A stretch of 64,000 nucleotides of DNA. Origin: Microcoleus sp. GTDB lineage: Bacteria > Cyanobacteriota > Cyanobacteriia > Cyanobacteriales > Microcoleaceae. The stretch lies in assembly GCA_052279835.1 (NCBI GenBank), contig CP181291.1:2912001-2976000 (forward strand). The letters are read 5' to 3'. The notes beneath the pieces were generated by a model. It saw only the letters and a list, made by a program, of their open reading frames with translations, was not told the DNA's origin and ran no database searches. Of the stretch, positions 62,061 to 64,000 are shown piece by piece. The position numbers were made by a program, and so were the translations under genes. Position 1 is the stretch's first letter. Each line of letters opens with the position of its first letter.

Positions 62061-62230
62061 GAACGCGAAGGAAGAGAGAGAAGAGATAGATTAAGATGTT
62101 GTTCTTTCTTCGCGCGATAGGGCGATCGATCCTAGGCACAATGGAGTTAGATTAAACGAACCGCGAAGGCGCTAAGAACGCGAAGGAAGAGAGAGAAGAG
62201 GCAGATTAAGATGTTGTTCTTGCTTCGCGC
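62003..62230 (+). repeat. Tandem duplication with 115-bp period
   Basis: TAGGGCGATCGATCCTAGGCACAATGG... starts at 62003 and again at 62118, with few mismatches. Confidence 0.9.
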
Positions 62231-62267
62231 TACGATCGTATTTGCAGTTAACTCCTCAAATTAGATG

Positions 62268-63599
62268 TCAATTGACTATTTCGCTACGAGATACCTTACT
62301 ATTTCTCGCAGGATTTGCTGTTAGTTCTGGCGGTGAGGCTGGAACTGCTCCCCATTCACTCAAAAAGCCTTTTAACAATACTTCTTGCTGAGTGCGCAAT
62401 ACCTCGACATTAGTGCCTCCATTCATAATTACAAACCAGACTGTTTGTTGTTTCTGGGTTGGTAATGCTCCCCCTAAAGCACTGACATTATCCAATGTTC
62501 CTGATTTGATTACTGCTAGTTTTGGCAAGGGTCTTTCTGACAGTATCCCTTTGTCTTTTCCTACTACGGTTAAAACATCGGCAACTGTCATATTATAAGG
62601 TTGAAGATAGCGTTCTAATGCTAAGAATAAACCGCAGGCGGCGCGAGGTGAAATCCGGTTGTCTTCGCTTAAGCCGGAACCGTTGACAAGTTGAATTTCT
62701 GCGGGGGGAACTCCTGTTGCTGCTGCTGCTTGTTGGGCGACAATTTTTGCGCCACCGACACTATCGGCTAACATATCTGCCATCAAATTGTTGCTGTACT
62801 GGTTCATTTTTTTGATGAGTTCAGCTAGGGGCAAAGAATAATGTTTAACTAAGGGTTTTACGCTGTCTGGAACTGCTGGCAAAACTTTGACAGTGCCCTC
62901 AATTGTTACTTGCGGTTTGGGGGTGTTGGGCGGCAGTGTTTGATGCTGGGCTGCTGGTTCGGCAGACCAGATTTGGCTGTTCAATCCTTCTTTGAGTAAT
63001 TCTCCTGATTTCAGGGGGTTTGATTCAAAGTTCATGTAAAATTTATCGGCGATGATGAGGTTGCCGGTTACTCGTTTGATGCCTTTTTGATTTAAGGTGT
63101 TTCCTAGGGCGATCGCCTCTTCCCACACAAAAAATGGATCTTGGCTTCCTTGGATAATTAAGTCGCCTTTTAATACGCCGTTTTCGATATTTCCGGTTGT
63201 GCCAATTAAGGTGATAAATTCATGTTCTGGTCCGAATTTTTCCAGGGCTGCGAGGGATGTTGCTACTTTGGTGATTGAAGCGGCGGGCAGAGGTGTTGTT
63301 CCTTGATGATTTGCTAGTAATGTGTTTCCTGATTGTATCCAAATTCCTTGGTTTTCTTTGGCAAATCCTTGGGATGTTAAGCTGTTGAGGTACTGTTGGA
63401 TTTTGCTGTTTGTGGTGGTTGGCGGATTTTCGGCAGAGACTATTAATGGTCGATCAACTTTAATCGGCGATGGGGAAGCTGCGGTGACAGGAGTGGGAGA
63501 TGAAAGTTCGGGGGATGGAGTGGCTGCACATCCACTCATCAGTGTCATTAGCGCGATCGACTTTAAATAGCGCGTTTTTAGGATTATTTGAATTTGCAT
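62268..63599 (-). CDS. dacB: D-Ala-D-Ala carboxypeptidase/endopeptidase, PBP4 (S13), lipoprotein
   Basis: PAASITK (SxxK), SNN, NGSGLS, KSGTL motifs and lipobox MSGC. Confidence 0.88.
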   Translation of the reverse strand: MQIQIILKTRYLKSIALMTLMSGCAATPSPELSSPTPVTAASPSPIKVDRPLIVSAENPPTTTNSKIQQYLNSLTSQGFAKENQGIWIQSGNTLLANHQGTTPLPAASITKVATSLAALEKFGPEHEFITLIGTTGNIENGVLKGDLIIQGSQDPFFVWEEAIALGNTLNQKGIKRVTGNLIIADKFYMNFESNPLKSGELLKEGLNSQIWSAEPAAQHQTLPPNTPKPQVTIEGTVKVLPAVPDSVKPLVKHYSLPLAELIKKMNQYSNNLMADMLADSVGGAKIVAQQAAAATGVPPAEIQLVNGSGLSEDNRISPRAACGLFLALERYLQPYNMTVADVLTVVGKDKGILSERPLPKLAVIKSGTLDNVSALGGALPTQKQQTVWFVIMNGGTNVEVLRTQQEVLLKGFLSEWGAVPASPPELTANPARNSKVSRSEIVN

Positions 63600-63671
63600 C
63601 AGCTTTTTTTAATAGGACTTACATATAAATATCAAAGAAACCGGGTTGTTTACTCCTAGTTGAAGGCTGTT

Positions 63672-63702
63672 TAGGGGCAACCGGGTGTGGGATTGCCCCT
63701 AC
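63672..63702 (-). repeat. GTAG-type REP-like palindrome
   Basis: Minus strand reads GTAGGGGCAATCCC...GGTTGCCCCTA. A similar degenerate element lies at 59447-59470. Confidence 0.55.
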
Positions 63703-63733
63703 CAAAATTTGTGAAATTTCTCGATCGACTGGT

Positions 63734-64000
63734 CTATCCAGCCAAACTACCTATACTTAAGGGTACCATCTCGCCGTGGGTGGTCAGTCCTAATAACATC
63801 GGCTCATTGGGGTCGGATCAATTTTCCTGTAAGGGCGCAGCGCTCCTCCTGCTGTGCTGTGGCATCAATGCTGGCTCGAATATCCGATCGCGAAAACATC
63901 TGGCGATACTCTCCAGACTTCTGCTGCACGTAATTCCAGAGCAAATCTCGAATCAACGCTTGATAGCCTTGATTTCCTGCGAGTTCTTTGAGTCTTTCTT
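63734..64000 (-). CDS. 3' part of a small protein (possibly ribbon-helix-helix-like), cut by the window edge and possibly frameshifted
   Basis: Manual translation gives ERLKELAGNQGYQALIRDLLWNYVQQKSGEYRQMFSRSDIRASIDATAQQEERCALTGKLIRPQ* (stop 63804-63806). Another frame continues NEPMLLGLTTHGEMVPLSIGSLAG* to 63734. Confidence 0.65.

Noticed and set aside
1..64000. HIP1 (GCGATCGC) abundance as a novel signal
   Set aside because: Well-known cyanobacterial genome feature; used only for taxonomic inference.

Overview
64 kb of ordinary chromosomal backbone from a filamentous cyanobacterium (Oscillatoriales-like, inferred from abundant HIP1 GCGATCGC sites, heptamer STRR tracts, psbI, ldpA and a CpcS/CpeS-family lyase). 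I see no prophage, transposase, integrase or CRISPR array. Housekeeping genes include ychF, rsmG, sodA, rpiA, iscS, ldpA, ycf45-like, dacB, psbI (missed by the ORF track) and tRNA-Gln(UUG). Most notable features: (1) a complete methylation-dependent, Wsp/ACF-like chemosensory cluster (CheR-TPR, double CheW, three apparently HAMP-less MCPs with different sensors, CheA-REC, CheB) with no output gene inside it; (2) a diguanylate cyclase with a DXCF-type cyanobacteriochrome GAF and no RxxD inhibitory site; (3) a GH38 alpha-mannosidase with a 221-aa tandem-repeat insertion, an in-frame dispersed repeat, and a 3' end fused to a truncated transporter; (4) many small nested hairpin/MITE-like elements, two copies of which show a 3-bp compensatory stem swap. 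Family assignments are from motif recognition only; no database search was run.
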